From: the human T2T-CHM13v2.0 reference genome, Homo sapiens
Strand: one strand, 5' to 3'
DNA length: 64,000 bases
Assembly (NCBI RefSeq): GCF_009914755.1
Contig: NC_060948.1
Below the pieces are notes generated by a model. The model saw only the letters and a program-made list of their open reading frames with translations. It made no database searches and was not told where the DNA came from. Below are positions 1 to 19,932 of this stretch, one piece after another (the first letter of the stretch is position 1; every line of letters begins with the position of its first letter). A program made the position numbers and the translations under genes.

Positions 1-587
<587 letters not shown>

Positions 588-1160
588 AGATCCATATTTT
601 TTAAATGAAAAAAAATTTCAAAGGTACTCTGCTAGGTACAATAATCAAATGTATAAACTGAGGAATAAAACATAACCATGAAACCTACTTATAACTGCAT
701 ATGGAAAATACAGAGGATAATTTTTTAAATAACATATTTTGAAAGCCTTAACTAGTAATTTGAAGAGTTGGCATTTGTAAGGCCAGTATGAATATACCTT
801 CAAAGCAGCAACACAGGTTCCCCATGAGAAAAAGCAAACACAGGGAAAATAAAAACACAAAGGTTCAATCTCTTCTGACCTTTGAAAGACACAGCACAGA
901 CAGTGGTCCTTAGGACGAAGAGCAGGAGACCCCTAATTCCGTCACCATGGCGATAGGGCATAAACATTGCTGGGTGAGGGCACAATCCACATTGTGAGGT
1001 CCAACTGCTGCCAGGAAGACAGGAGTGCTTTTACATAGACCGAAAGGTCATTGAAGGCTCAGAGTTTTGTTTCAAGAACTGAATCCCAAGCCCACACGTT
1101 ATTAGGCTGCGCTTCTTAAAACAAGTTATGAGATGGGAAAAAGGGCACCCACAAACATAC
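588..1160. repeat. HSATI-type segment of the DYZ2 unit (representative copy; recurs immediately after every Alu)
   Basis: Non-Alu, higher-complexity block from agatccatattttttaaatg to gggcacccacaaacatac, nearly identical in all 27 units. The name comes from the known tripartite structure of DYZ2; the right boundary is approximate. Confidence 0.8.
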
Positions 1161-3007
<1,847 letters not shown>

Positions 3008-5135
3008 AGATCCATATTTTTTAAATGAAAAAAAATTTCAAAGGTACTCTGCTTGGTACAATAATCAAATGTATAAACTGAGGAATAAAACATAACCATG
3101 TAACCTACTTATAACTGCATATGGAAAATACAGAGGATAATTTTTTAAATAACGTATTTTGAAAGCCTTAACTAGTAATTTGAAGAGCTGGCATTTGAAA
3201 GGCCAGTATGAATATACCTTCAAAGCAGCAACACAGGTTCCCCATGAGAAAAAGCAAACACAGGGAAAATAAAAACACAAAGGTTCAATCTCTTCTGACC
3301 TTTGAAAGACACAGCACAGACAGTGGTCCTTAGGACGAAGAGCAGGAGACCCCTAATTCCGTCACCATGGCGATAGGGCATAAACATTGCTGGGTGAGGG
3401 CACAATCCACATTGTGAGGTCCAACTGCTGCCAGGAAGACAGGAGTGCTTTTACATAGACCGAAAGGTCATTGAAGGCTCAGAGTTTTGTTTCAAGAACT
3501 GAATCCCAAGCCCACACGTTATTAGGCTGCGCTTCTTTAAACAAGTTATGAGATGGGAAAAAGGGCACCCACAAACATACGTATACATTATGTATATAAT
3601 AATATACAGTATCATATATATAATATATATAACCTATGTATAATATTGTTTTACATCCTGCGTCTTATGTTATATATATTGTATAAAATATAATAATTGA
3701 TAATATATAAGTTTTATATTTATACAATATGACATATAGTATATATTGTAATTTATGACATATATAATATATGTTATATATCATATATAGAATATATTAT
3801 ACGGTTAATATACGTATTAAATATAAATTATACATTATATATATTATATATAATATATCTGTTATATATAATACCCATTATGCATAATATATATATTATG
3901 TCTATGTTATATATAGTATAAAACAACATATAATAATATATAATTGTATATATAAAATGTGACATATAATATATATTATATTTTATAACATATGTAATAT
4001 ATATTATATATTATATATAATACGTTGTATGTATAATACCTATATTAAATATATATTATATGACTATGTTATTAATTACATGTCACATGTGTTATATATT
4101 ATATATTTTACATAGAATATACCGGTTACATACAATATATACTATGTTACCTATAATGTATAATTTATTACATGTAAAATAAAGAATGCAATATATTATG
4201 TATAATTTATAATATACAATATGTGGAATGTGTTATATATAACATATAATATATGATATATGATATACAGTATATGATATATAACATACAATATATGATT
4301 CCTAATATATATGGTATACAATATATATTTTATGATATGTATTCTATATGTTTTATATTCTGTTATATATAACTATTTGAAATTATATATAACTGTATAA
4401 TATTTTATGTAAATATGTAATATAATATATATAACTATATAATATATTATATATAACTATATATTATGTTATATATACTTTTATAACATAATTTACATAA
4501 AATATCATAACATAATATATATTATATTATTTCATATTACATAATATATATTACATATCACCCAATATAACTAACATACATAATATTATAATATAGATTA
4601 TATTATGTTATATTAAATATCATATATATCATGTATCATATATTCTATAATATATATTACACATTATATAATATGTATGTTGTCTATTATGTGATATATA
4701 TAACTATATATATAATTATATTTTTATACATATAACTAGATAAACATGTAATTCTACATATTTTCATTTATAATATGTGGAATTATATAATCATATATAA
4801 TTATTTATATTCTATAAAAAATTTTATCATTATATAAATTATAATATATAAAAATTATAATATGTACTACAAATATATATATTATATATCATATATGCTA
4901 TAGTACCTTTGTTATATATCATAATACATATAAATGTGTATTATGTTATCTATAATTATATAATTTCATATATAAGTTGTATAATATGTATCATATATTA
5001 TATATGTTATGTAATATATATAGTATATATAAGATGACACAGGATAAATATTATATACTATGACATATAAAATATATGAGGTTATATGTTACATATAAGG
5101 CATAGCACATAACATGTAATATATATCATATATAA

Positions 5136-5427
5136 TTTTTTTTTAGACAGAATCTTGTCCTGTTGCACAGGGTGGGGTACAATGGCGCCATCTTTGCTCA
5201 CTGCAAATTCTGCCTCACGGGTCCAAGCGATTGTCCTCCCTCAGCCTCCCAGGTAGCTGGGACTACACCACACTGGGACTACACCAGCTGCCACCATGCC
5301 TAGCTAATTTTTTGGATTTTTAGTAGTGACAGCGTTTCACTGTATTGGCCAGGATGGTCTTGATCTCTTCACCTTGTGATCCCCTTGCCTTAGCCTCCAA
5401 ATTTGCTGAGATTACAGGCCTGAGCCA
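5136..5427 (-). mobile_element. Alu (unit 3), A alleles
   Basis: Same Alu copy. Confidence 0.95.
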
Positions 5428-7532
5428 AGATCCATATTTTTTAAATGAAAAAAAATTTCAAAGGTACTCTGCTTGGTACAATAATCAAATGTATAAACTG
5501 AGGAATAAAACATAACCATGTAACCTACTTATAACTGCATATGGAAAATACAGAGGATAATTTTTTAAATAACATATTTTGAAAGCCTTAACTAGTAATT
5601 TGAAGAGCTGGCATTTGAAAGGCCAGTATGAATATACCTTCAAAGCAGCAACACAGGTTCCCCATGAGAAAAAGCAAACACAGGGAAAATAAAAACACAA
5701 AGGTTCAATCTCTTCTGACCTTTGAAAGACACAGCACAGACAGTGGTCCTTAGGACGAAGAGCAGGAGACCCCTAATTCCGTCACCATGGCGATAGGGCA
5801 TAAACATTGCTGGGTGAGGGCACAATCCACATTGTGAGGTCCAACTGCTGCCAGGAAGACAGGAGTGCTTTTACATAGACCGAAAGGTCATTGAAGGCTC
5901 AGAGTTTTGTTTCAAGAACTGAATCCCAAGCCCACACGTTATTAGGCTGCACTTCTTTAAACAAGTTATGAGATGGGAAAAAGGGCACCCACAAACATAC
6001 GTATACATTATGTATATAATAATATACAGTATCATATATATAATATATATAACCTATGTATAATATTGTTTTACATCCTGCATCTTATGTTATATATATT
6101 GTATAAAATATAATAATTGATAATATATAAGTTTTATATTTATACAATATGACATATAGTATATATTGTAATTTATGACATATATAATATATGTTATATA
6201 TCATATATAGAATATATTATACGGTTAATATACGTATTAAATATAAATTATACATTATATATATTATATATAATATATCTGTTATATATAATACCCATTA
6301 TGCATAATATATATATTATGTCTATGTTATATATAGTATAAAACAACATATAATAATATATAATTGTATATATAAAATGCGACATATAATATATATTATA
6401 TTTTATAACATATGTAATATATATTATATATTATATATAATACGTTGTATGTATAATACCTATATTAAATATATATTATATGACTATGTTATTAATTACA
6501 TGTCACATGTGTTATATATTATATATTTTACATAGAATATACCGGTTACATACAATATATACTATGTTACCTATAATGTATAATTGATTACATGTAAAAT
6601 AAAGAATGCAATATATTATGTATAATTTATAATATACAATATGTGGAATGTGATATATATAACATATAATATATGATATATGATATACAGTATATGATAT
6701 ATAACATACAATATATGATTCCTAATATATATGGTATACAATATATATTTTATGATATGTATTCTATATGTTTTATATTCTGTTATATATAACTATTTGA
6801 AATTATATATAACTGTATAATATTTTATGTAAATATGTAATATAATATATATAACTATATAATATATTATATATAACTATATATTATGTTATATATACTT
6901 TTATAACATAATTTACATAAAATATCATAACATAATATATATTATATTATTTCATATTACATAATATATATTACATATCACCCAATATAACTAACATACA
7001 TAATATTATAATATAGATTATATTATGTTATATTAAATATCATATATATCATGAATCATATATTCTATAATATATATTACACATTATATAATATGTATGT
7101 TGTCTATTATGTGATATATATAACTATATATATAATTATATTTTTATACATATAACTAGATAAACATGTAATTCTACATATTTTCATTTATAATATGTAG
7201 AATTATATAATCATATATAATTATTTATATTCTATAAAAAATTTTATCATTATATAAATTATAATATATAAAAATTATAATATGTACTACAAATATATAT
7301 ATTATATATCATATATGCTATAGTACCTTTGTTATATATCATAATACATATAAATGTGTATTATGTTATCTATAATTATATAATTTCATATATAAGTTGT
7401 ATAATATGTATCATATATTATATATGTTATGTAATATATATAGTATATATAAGATGACACAGGATAAATATTATATACTATGACATATAAAATATATGAG
7501 GTTATATGTTACATATAAGGCATAGCACATAA

Positions 7533-7847
<315 letters not shown>

Positions 7848-9951
7848 AGATCCATATTTTTTAAATGAAAAAAAATTTCAAAGGTACTCTGCTTGGTACA
7901 ATAATCAAATGTATAAACTGAGGAATAAAACATAACCATGAAACCTACTTATAACTGCATATGGAAAATACAGAGGATAATTTTTTAAATAATATATTTT
8001 GAAAGCCTTAACTAGTAATTTGAAGAGCTGGCATTTGAAAGACCAGTATGAATATACCTTCAAAGCAGCAACACAGGTTCCCCATGAGAAAAAGCAAACA
8101 CAGGGAAAATAAAAACACAAAGGTTCAATCTCTTCTGACCTTTGAAAGACACAGCACAGACAGTGGTCCTTAGGACGAAGAGCAGGAGACCCCTAATTCC
8201 GTCACCATGGCGATAGGGCGTAAACATTGCTGGGTGAGGGCACAATCCACATTGTGAGGTCCAACTGCTGCCAGGAAGACAGGAGTGCTTTTACATAGAC
8301 CGAAAGGTCATGAAGGCTCAGAGTTTTGTTTCAAGAACTGAATCCCAAGCCCAAACGTTATTAGGCTGCGCTTCTTTAAACAAGTTATGAGATGGGAAAA
8401 AGGGCACCCACAAACATACGTATACATTATGTATATAATAATATACAGTATCATATATATAATATATATAACCTATGTATAATATTGTTTTACATCCTGC
8501 ATCTTATGTTATATATATTGTATAAAATATAATAATTGATAATATATAAGTTTTATATTTATACAATATGACATATAGTATATATTATAATTTATGACAT
8601 ATATAATATATGTTATATATCATATATAGAATATATTATACGGTTAATATACGTATTAAATATAAATTATACATTATATATATTATATATAATATATCTG
8701 TTATATATAATACCCATTATGCATAATATATATATTATGTCTATGTTATATATAGTATAAAACAACACATAATAATATATAATTGTATATATAAAATGCG
8801 ACATATAATATATATTATATTTTATAACATATATAATATATATTATATATTATATATAATACGTTGTATGTATAATACCTATATTAAATATATATTATAT
8901 GACTATGTTATTAATTACATGTCACATGTGTTATATATTATTTATTTTACATAGAATATACCGGTTACATACAATATATACTATGTTACCTATAATGTAT
9001 AATTTATTACATGTAAAATAAATAATGCAATATATTATGTATAATTTATAATATACAATATGTGGAATGTGATATATATAACATATAATATATGATATAT
9101 GATATACAGTATATGATATATAACATACAATATATGATTCCTAATATATATGGTATACAATATATATTTTATGATATGTATTCTATATGTTTTATATTCT
9201 GTTATATATAACTATTTGAAATTATATATAACTGTATAATATTTTATGTAAATATGTAATATAATATATATAACTATATAATATATTATATATAACTATA
9301 TATTATGTTATATATACTTTTATAACATAATTTACATAAAATATCATAACATAATATATATTATATTATTTCATATTACATAATATATATTACATATCAC
9401 CCAATATAACTAACATACATAATATTATAATATAGATTATATTATGTTATATTAAATATCATATATATCATGTATCATATATTCTATAATATATATTACA
9501 CATTATATAATATGTATGTTGTCTATTATGTGATATATATAACTATATATATAATTATATTTTTATACATATAACTAGATAAACATGTAATTCTACATAT
9601 TTTCATTTATAATATGTAGAATTATATAATCATATATAATTATTTATATTCTATAAAAAATTTTATCATTATATAAATTATAATATATAAAAATTATAAT
9701 ATGTACTACAAATATATATATTATATATCATATATGCTATAGTACATTTGTTATATATCATAATACATATAAATGTGTATTATGTTATCTATAATTATAT
9801 AATTTCATATATAAGTTGTATAATATGTATCATATATTATATATGTTATGTAATATATATAGTATATATAAGATGACACAGGATAAATATTATATACTAT
9901 GACATATAAAATATATGAGGTTATATGTTACATATAAGGCATAGCACATAA

Positions 9952-10266
<315 letters not shown>

Positions 10267-12364
10267 AGATCCATATTTTTTAAATGAAAAAAAATTTCAA
10301 AGGTACTCTGCTTGGTACAATAATCAAATGTATAAACTGAGGAATAAAACATAACCATGAAACCTACTTATAACTGCATATGGAAAATACAGAGGATAAT
10401 TTTTTAAATAACATATTTTGAAAGCCTTAACTAGTAATTTGAACAGCTGGCATTTGAAAGGCCAGTATGAATATACCTTCAAAGCAGCAACAGAGGATCC
10501 CCATGAGAAAAAGCAAACACAGGGAAAGTAAAAACACAAAGGTTCAATCTCTTGTGACCTTTGAAAGACACAGCACAGACAGTGGTCCTTAGGACGAAGA
10601 GCAGGAGACCCCTAATTCCGTCACCATGGCGATAGGGCATAAACATTGCTGGGTGAGGGCACAATCCACATTGTGAGGTCCAACTGCTGCCAGGAAGACA
10701 GGAGTGCTTTTACATAGACCGAAAGGTCATTGAAGGCTCAGAGTTTTGTTTCAAGAACTGAATCCCAAGCCCACACGTTATTAGGCTGCGCTTCTTAAAA
10801 CAAGTTATGAGATGGGAAAAAGGGCACCCACAAACATACGTATACGTTATGTATATAATAATATACAGTATCATATATATAATATATATAACCTATGTAT
10901 AATATTGTTTTACATCCTGCATCTTATGTTATATATATTGTATAAAATATAATAATTGATAATATATAAGTTTTATAATTATACAGTAAGACATATAGTA
11001 TATATTATAATTTATGACATATGTAATATATGTTATATGTCATATATAGAATATATTATACGGTTAATATACGTATTAAATATAAATTATACATTATATA
11101 TATTATATATAATATATCTGTTATATATAATACCCATTATGCATAATATATATATTATGTCTATGTTATATATAGTATAAAACAACATATAATAATATAT
11201 AATTGTATATATAAAATGCGACATATAATATATATTATATTTTATAACATATGTAATATATATTATATATAATACGTTGTATGTATAATACCTATATTAA
11301 ATATATATTATATGACTATGTTATTAATTACATGTCACATGTGTTATATATTATATATTTTACATAGAATATACCGGTTACATACAATATATACTATGTT
11401 ACCTATAATGTATAATTTATTACATGTAAAATAAATAATGCAATATATTATGTATAATTTATAATATACAATATGTGGAATGTGATATATATAACATATA
11501 ATATATGATATATGATATACAGTATATGATATATAACATACAATATATGATTCCTAATATATATGGTATACAATATATATTTTATGATATGTATTCTATA
11601 CGTTTTATATTCTGTTATATATAACTATTTGAAATTATATATAACTGTATAATATTTTATGTAAATATGTAATATAATATATATAACTATATAATATATT
11701 ATATATAACTATATATTATGTTATATATACTTTTATAACATAATTTACATAAAATATCATAATATAATATATATTATATTATTTCATATTACATAATATA
11801 TATTACATATCACCCAATATAACTAACATACATAATATTATAATATAGATTATATTGTGTTATATTAAATATCATATATATCATGTATCATATATTCTAT
11901 AATATATAATACACATTATATAATATGTATGTTGTCTATTATGTGATATATATAACTATATATATAATTATATTTTTATACATATAACTAGATAAACATG
12001 TAATTCTACATATTTTCATTTATAATATGTAGAATTATATAATCATATATAATTATTTATATTCTATAAAAAATTTTATCATTATATAAATTATAATATA
12101 TAAAAATTATAATATGTACTACAAATATATATATTATATATCATATATGCTATAGTACCTTTGTTATATATCATAATACATATAAATGTGTATTATGTTA
12201 TCTATAATTATATAATTTCATATATAAGTTGTATAATATGTATCATATATTATATATGTTATGTAATATATATAGTATATATAAGATGACACAGGATAAA
12301 TATTATATACTATGACATATAAAATATATGAGGTTATATGTTACATATAAGGCATAGCACATAA

Positions 12365-12679
<315 letters not shown>

Positions 12680-14773
12680 AGATCCATATTTTTTAAATGA
12701 AAAAAAATTTCAAAGGTACTCTGCTTGGTACAATAATCAAATGTATAAACTGAGGAATAAAACATAACCATGAAACCTACTTATAACTGCGTATGGAAAA
12801 TACAGAGGATAATTTTTTAAATAATATATTTTGAAAGCCTTAACTAGTAATTTGAAGAGCTGGCATTTGAAAGACCAGTATGAATATACCTTCAAAGCAG
12901 CAACACAGGTTCCCCATGAGAAAAAGCAAACACAGGGAAAATAAAAACACAATGGTTCAATCTCTTCTGACCTTTGAAAGACACAGCACAGACAGTGGTC
13001 CTTAGGACGAAGAGCAGGAGACCCCTAATTCCGTCACCATGGCGATAGGGCGTAAACATTGCTGGGTGAGTGCACAATCCACATTGTGAGGTCCAACTGC
13101 TGCCAGGAAGACAGGAGTGCTTTTACATAGACCGAAAAGTCATTGAAGGCTCAGAGTTTTGTTTCAAGAACTGAATCCCAAGCCCAAACGTTATTAGGCT
13201 GCGCTTCTTTAAACAAGTTATGAGATGGGAAAAAGGGCACCCAGAAACATACGTATACATTATGTATATAATAATATACAGTATCATATATATAATATAT
13301 ATAACCTATGTATAATATTGTTTTACATCCTGCATCTTATGTTATATATATTGTATAAAGTATAATAATTGATAATATATAATTTTATAACTATACAATA
13401 TGACATATAGTATATATTATAATTTATGACATATATAATATATGTTATATGTCATATATAGAATATATTATACGGTTAATATACGTATTAAATATAAATT
13501 ATACATTATATATATTATATATAATATATCTGTTATATATAATACCCATTATGCATAATATATATATTATGTCTATGTTATATATAGTATAAAACAACAT
13601 ATAATAATATATAATTGTATATATAAAATGCGACATATAATATATATTATATTTTATGACATATGTAATATATATTATATATTATATATAATACGTTGTA
13701 TGTATAATACCTATATTAAATATATATTATATGACTATGTTATTAATTACATGTCACATATGTTATATATTACATATTTTACATAGAATATACCGGTTAC
13801 ATGCAATATATACTATGTTACCTATAATGTATAATTGATTACATGTAAAATAAAGAATGCAATATATTATGTATAATTTATAATATACAATATGTGGAAT
13901 GTGAGATATATAACATATAATATATGATATATGATATACAGTATATGATATATAACATACAATATATGATACCTAATATATATGGTATACAATATATATT
14001 TTATGATATGTATTCTATATGTTTTATATTCTGTTATATATAACTATTTGAAATTATATATAACTGTATAATATTTTATGTAAATATGTAATATAATATA
14101 TATAACTACATAATATATTATATATAACTATATATTATGTTATATATACTTTTATATCATAATTTACATAAAATGTCATAATATAATATATATTATATTA
14201 TTTCATATTACATAATATATATTACATATCACCCAATATAAGTAACATTCATAATATTATAATATAGATTATATTATGTTATGTTAAATATCATATATAT
14301 CATGTATCATATATTCTATAATTTATATTATACATTATATAATATGTATGTTGACTATTATGTGATATATATAACTATATATTATTATATTATTATACAT
14401 ATAACTAGATAAACATGTAATTCTACATATTTTCATTTATAATATATAGAATTATATAATCATATACAATTATTTATATTCTATAAAAAATTATATCATT
14501 ATATAAATTATAATATAAAAAAATATAATATGTACTACAAATATATATATTATATATCATATATGATATAGTACCTTTGTTATATATCATAATACATATA
14601 AATGTGTATTATGTTATCTATAATTATATAATTTCATATATAAGATGTATAATATGTATTATATATTGTATATGTTATGTAATATATATAGTATATATAA
14701 GCTGACACAGGATAAATATTATATACTATGACATATAAAATATATGAGGTTATATGTTACATATAAGGCATAG

Positions 14774-15094
<321 letters not shown>

Positions 15095-17206
15095 AGATCC
15101 ATATTTTGTAAATGAAAAACAATTTCAAAGGTACTCTGCTTGGTACAATAATCAAATGTATAAACTGAGGAATAAAACATAACCATGAAACCTACTTATA
15201 ACTGCATATGGAAAATACAGAGGATAATTTCTTAAATAACATATTTTGAAAGCCTTAACTAGTAATTTGAAGAGTTGGCATTTGAAAGGCCAGTATGAAT
15301 ATACCTTCAAAGCAGCAACACAGGTTCCCCATGAGAAAAAGCAAACTCAGGGAAAATAAAACCACAAAGGTTCAATCTCTTCTGACCTTTGAAAGACACA
15401 GCACAGACAGTGGTCCTTAGGACGAAGAGCAGGAGACCCCTAATTCCGTCACCATGTCGATAGGGCATAAACATTGCTGGGTGAGGGCACAATCCACATT
15501 GTGAGGTCCAACTGCTGCCAGGAAGACAGGAGTGCTTTTACATAGACCGAAAGGTCATTGAAGGCTCAGAGTTTTGTTTCAAGAACTGAATCCCAAGCCC
15601 ACACGTTATTAGGCTGCGCTTCTTAAAACAAGTTATGAGATGGGAAAAAGGGCACCCACAAACATACGTATACATTATGTATATAATAATATACAGTATC
15701 ATATATAAAATATGTATAACCTATGTATAATATTGTTTTACATCCTGCATCTTATATTATATATATTGTATAAAATATATTAATTGATAATATATAAGAT
15801 TTATATTTATACAACATGACATATAGTATATATTATAATTTATGACATATATAATATATGTTACATATCATATATAGAATATATTATACGGTTAATATAC
15901 GTATTAAATATAAATTATACATTATATATATTATATAAAATATATCTGTTATATATAATACCCATTATGCATAATATATATATTATGTCTATGTTATATA
16001 TAGTATAAAACAACATATAATAATATATAATTGTATATATAAAATGCGACATATAATATATATTATATTTTATGACATATGTAATATATATTATATATTA
16101 TATATAATACGTTGTATGTATAATACCTATATTAAATATATATTATATGACTATGTTATTAATTACATGTCACATATGTTATATATTATATATTTTACAT
16201 AGAATATACCGGTTACATACAATATATACTATGTTACCTATAATGTATAATTGATTACATGTAAAATAAAGAATGCAATATATTATGTATAATTTATAAT
16301 ATACAATATGTGGAATGTGATATATATAACATATAATATATGATATATGATATACAGTATATGATATATAACATACAATATATGATACCTAATATATATT
16401 GTATACAATATATATTTTATCATATGTATTCTCTATGTTTTATATTCTGTTATATATAACTATTTGAAATTATATATAACTCTATAATATTTTATGTAAA
16501 TATGTAATATAATATATATAAATATATAATATATTATATATAACTATATATTATGTTATATATAATTTTATAACATAATTTACATAAAATGTCATAATAT
16601 AATATATATTATATTATTTCACATTACATAATATATATTACATATCACCCAATATAAGTAACATACATAATATTATAATATAGATTATATTATGTTATAT
16701 TAAATATCATATATATCATGTATCATATATTCTATAATATATTTTACACATTATATAATATGTATGTTGTCTATTTTGTGATATATAAAACTATATATAT
16801 AATTATATTATTATACATATAACTAGGTAAACATGTAATTCTACATATTTTCATTTGTAATATATAGAATTATATAATCATATATAATTATTTATATTCT
16901 ATAAAAAATTATATCATTATATAAATTATAATATAAAAAAATTATAATATGTACTACAAATATATATATTATATATCATATATGATATAGTACCTTTGTT
17001 ATATATCATAATACATATAAATGTGTATAATGTTATCTATAATTATATAATTTCATATATAAGATGTATAATATGTATTATATATTGTCTATGTTATGTA
17101 ATATATATAGTATATGTAAGCTGACACAGGATAAATATTATATACTATGACATATAAAATATATGAGGTTATATGTTACATATAAGGCATAGCACATAAC
17201 ATGTAA

Positions 17207-17513
<307 letters not shown>

Positions 17514-19617
17514 AGATCCATATTTTTTAAATGAAAAAAAATTTCAAAGGTACTCTGCTTGGTACAATAATCAAATGTATAAACTGAGGAATAAAACATA
17601 ACCATGAAACCTACTTATAACTGCATATGGAAAATACAGAGGATAATTTCTTAAATAACATATTTTGAAAGCCTTAACTAGTAATTTGAAGAGTTGGCAT
17701 TTGAAAGGCCAGTATGAATATACCTTCAAAGCAGCAACACAGGTTCCCCATGAGAAAAAGCAAACTCAGGGAAAATAAAACCACAAAGGTTCAATCTCTT
17801 CTGACCTTTGAAAGACACAGCACAGACAGTGGTCCTTAGGACGAAGAGCAGGAGACCCCTAATTCCGTCACCATGGCGATAGGGCATAAACATTGCTGGG
17901 TGAGGGCACAATCCACATTGAGAGGTCCAACTGCTGCCAGGAAGACAGGAGTGCTTTTATATAGACCGAAAGGTCATTGAAGTCTCAGAGTTTTGTTTCA
18001 AGAACTGAATCCCAAGCCCACACGTTATTAGGCTGCGCTTCTGAAAACAAGTTATGAGATGGGAAAAAGGGCACCCACAAACATACGTGTACATTATGTA
18101 TATAATAATATACGGTATCATATATATAATATATATAACCTATGTATAATATTGTTTTACATCCTGCATCTTATATTATATATATTGTATAAAATATAAA
18201 ATTCATAATACATAACGTTTATATTTATACAATATGACATATAGTATATATTATAATTTATGACATATATAATATATGTTATATATCATATATAGAATAT
18301 ATTATACGGTTAATATACGTATTAAATATAAATTATACATTATATATATTATATAAAATATATCTGTTATATATATTACCCTTTATGCATAATATATATA
18401 TTATGTCTATGTTATATATAGTATAAAACAACATATAATAATATATAATTGTATATATAAAATGTTACATATAATATATATTATATTTTATGACATATGT
18501 AATATATATTATATATTATATATAATACGTTGTATGTATAATACCTATATTAAATATATATTATATGACTATGTTATTAATTACATGTCACATATGTTAT
18601 ATATTATATATTTTACATAGAATATACCGGTTACATACAATATATACTATGTTACCTATAATGTATAATTGATTACATGTAAAATAAAGAATGCAATATA
18701 TTATGTATAATTTATAATATACAATATGTGGAATGTGATATATATAACATATAATATATGATATATGATATACAGTATATGATATATAACACACAATATA
18801 TGATACCTAATATATATGGTATACAATATATATTTTATGATATGTATTCTATATGTTTTATATTCTGTTATATATAACTATTTGAAATTATATATAACTG
18901 TGTAATATTTTATGTAAATATGTAATATAATATATATAACTATATAATATATTATATATAACTATATATTATGTTATATATACTTTTATAACATAATTTA
19001 CATTAAATATCATAATATAATATATATTATATTATTTCACATTACATAATATATATTACATATCACCCAATATAAGTAACATACATAATATTATAATATA
19101 GATTATATTATGTTATATTAAATATCATATATATCATGTATCATATATTCTATAATATATATTACACATTATATAATATGTATGTTGTCTATTATGTGAT
19201 ATATATAACTATATATATAATTATATTATTATACATATAACTAGATAAACATGAAATTCTACATATTTTCATTTATAATATATAGAATTATATAATCATA
19301 TATAATTATTTATATTCTATAAAAAATTATATCATTATATAAATTATAATATATAAAAATTATAATATGTACTACAAATATATATATTATATATCATATA
19401 TGATATAGTACCTTTGTTATATATCATAATACATATAAATGTGTATTATGTTATCTACAATTATATAATTTCATATATAAGATATATAATATGTATTATA
19501 TATTGTATATGTTATGTAATATATATAGTATATATAAGCTGACACAGGATAAATATTATATACTATGACATATAAAATATGTGAGGTTATATGTTACATA
19601 TAAGGCATAGCACATAA

Positions 19618-19932
<315 letters not shown>

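Noticed and set aside
645-860. 71 aa minus-strand ORF (MCFYFPCV...) in many units
   Set aside because: Non-ATG start; interrupted by a stop in most type-B units (caaactcagg allele gives TGA); overlaps the other ORF; chance open frame.
941-950. Kozak-like gtcaccATGG on the + strand (unique-looking NcoI site in each unit)
   Set aside because: Followed almost immediately by a stop codon (atg gcg ata ggg cat aaa cat tgc tgg gtg ... yields no ORF in the supplied track of 60 aa or more); no promoter or splice evidence.
800-985. 61 aa minus-strand ORF (MCPHPAMF...) present in all 27 units
   Set aside because: It begins at a GTG rather than ATG, has no recognisable domain, and its persistence follows from the near-identity of the units; variants are often non-synonymous. 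No evidence of coding.
10956-11180. Tyr/Ile-rich ORFs in AT domains (also 18597, 25839, 30464, 35405 and others)
   Set aside because: Translation of TA-rich low-complexity DNA; sporadic among copies.
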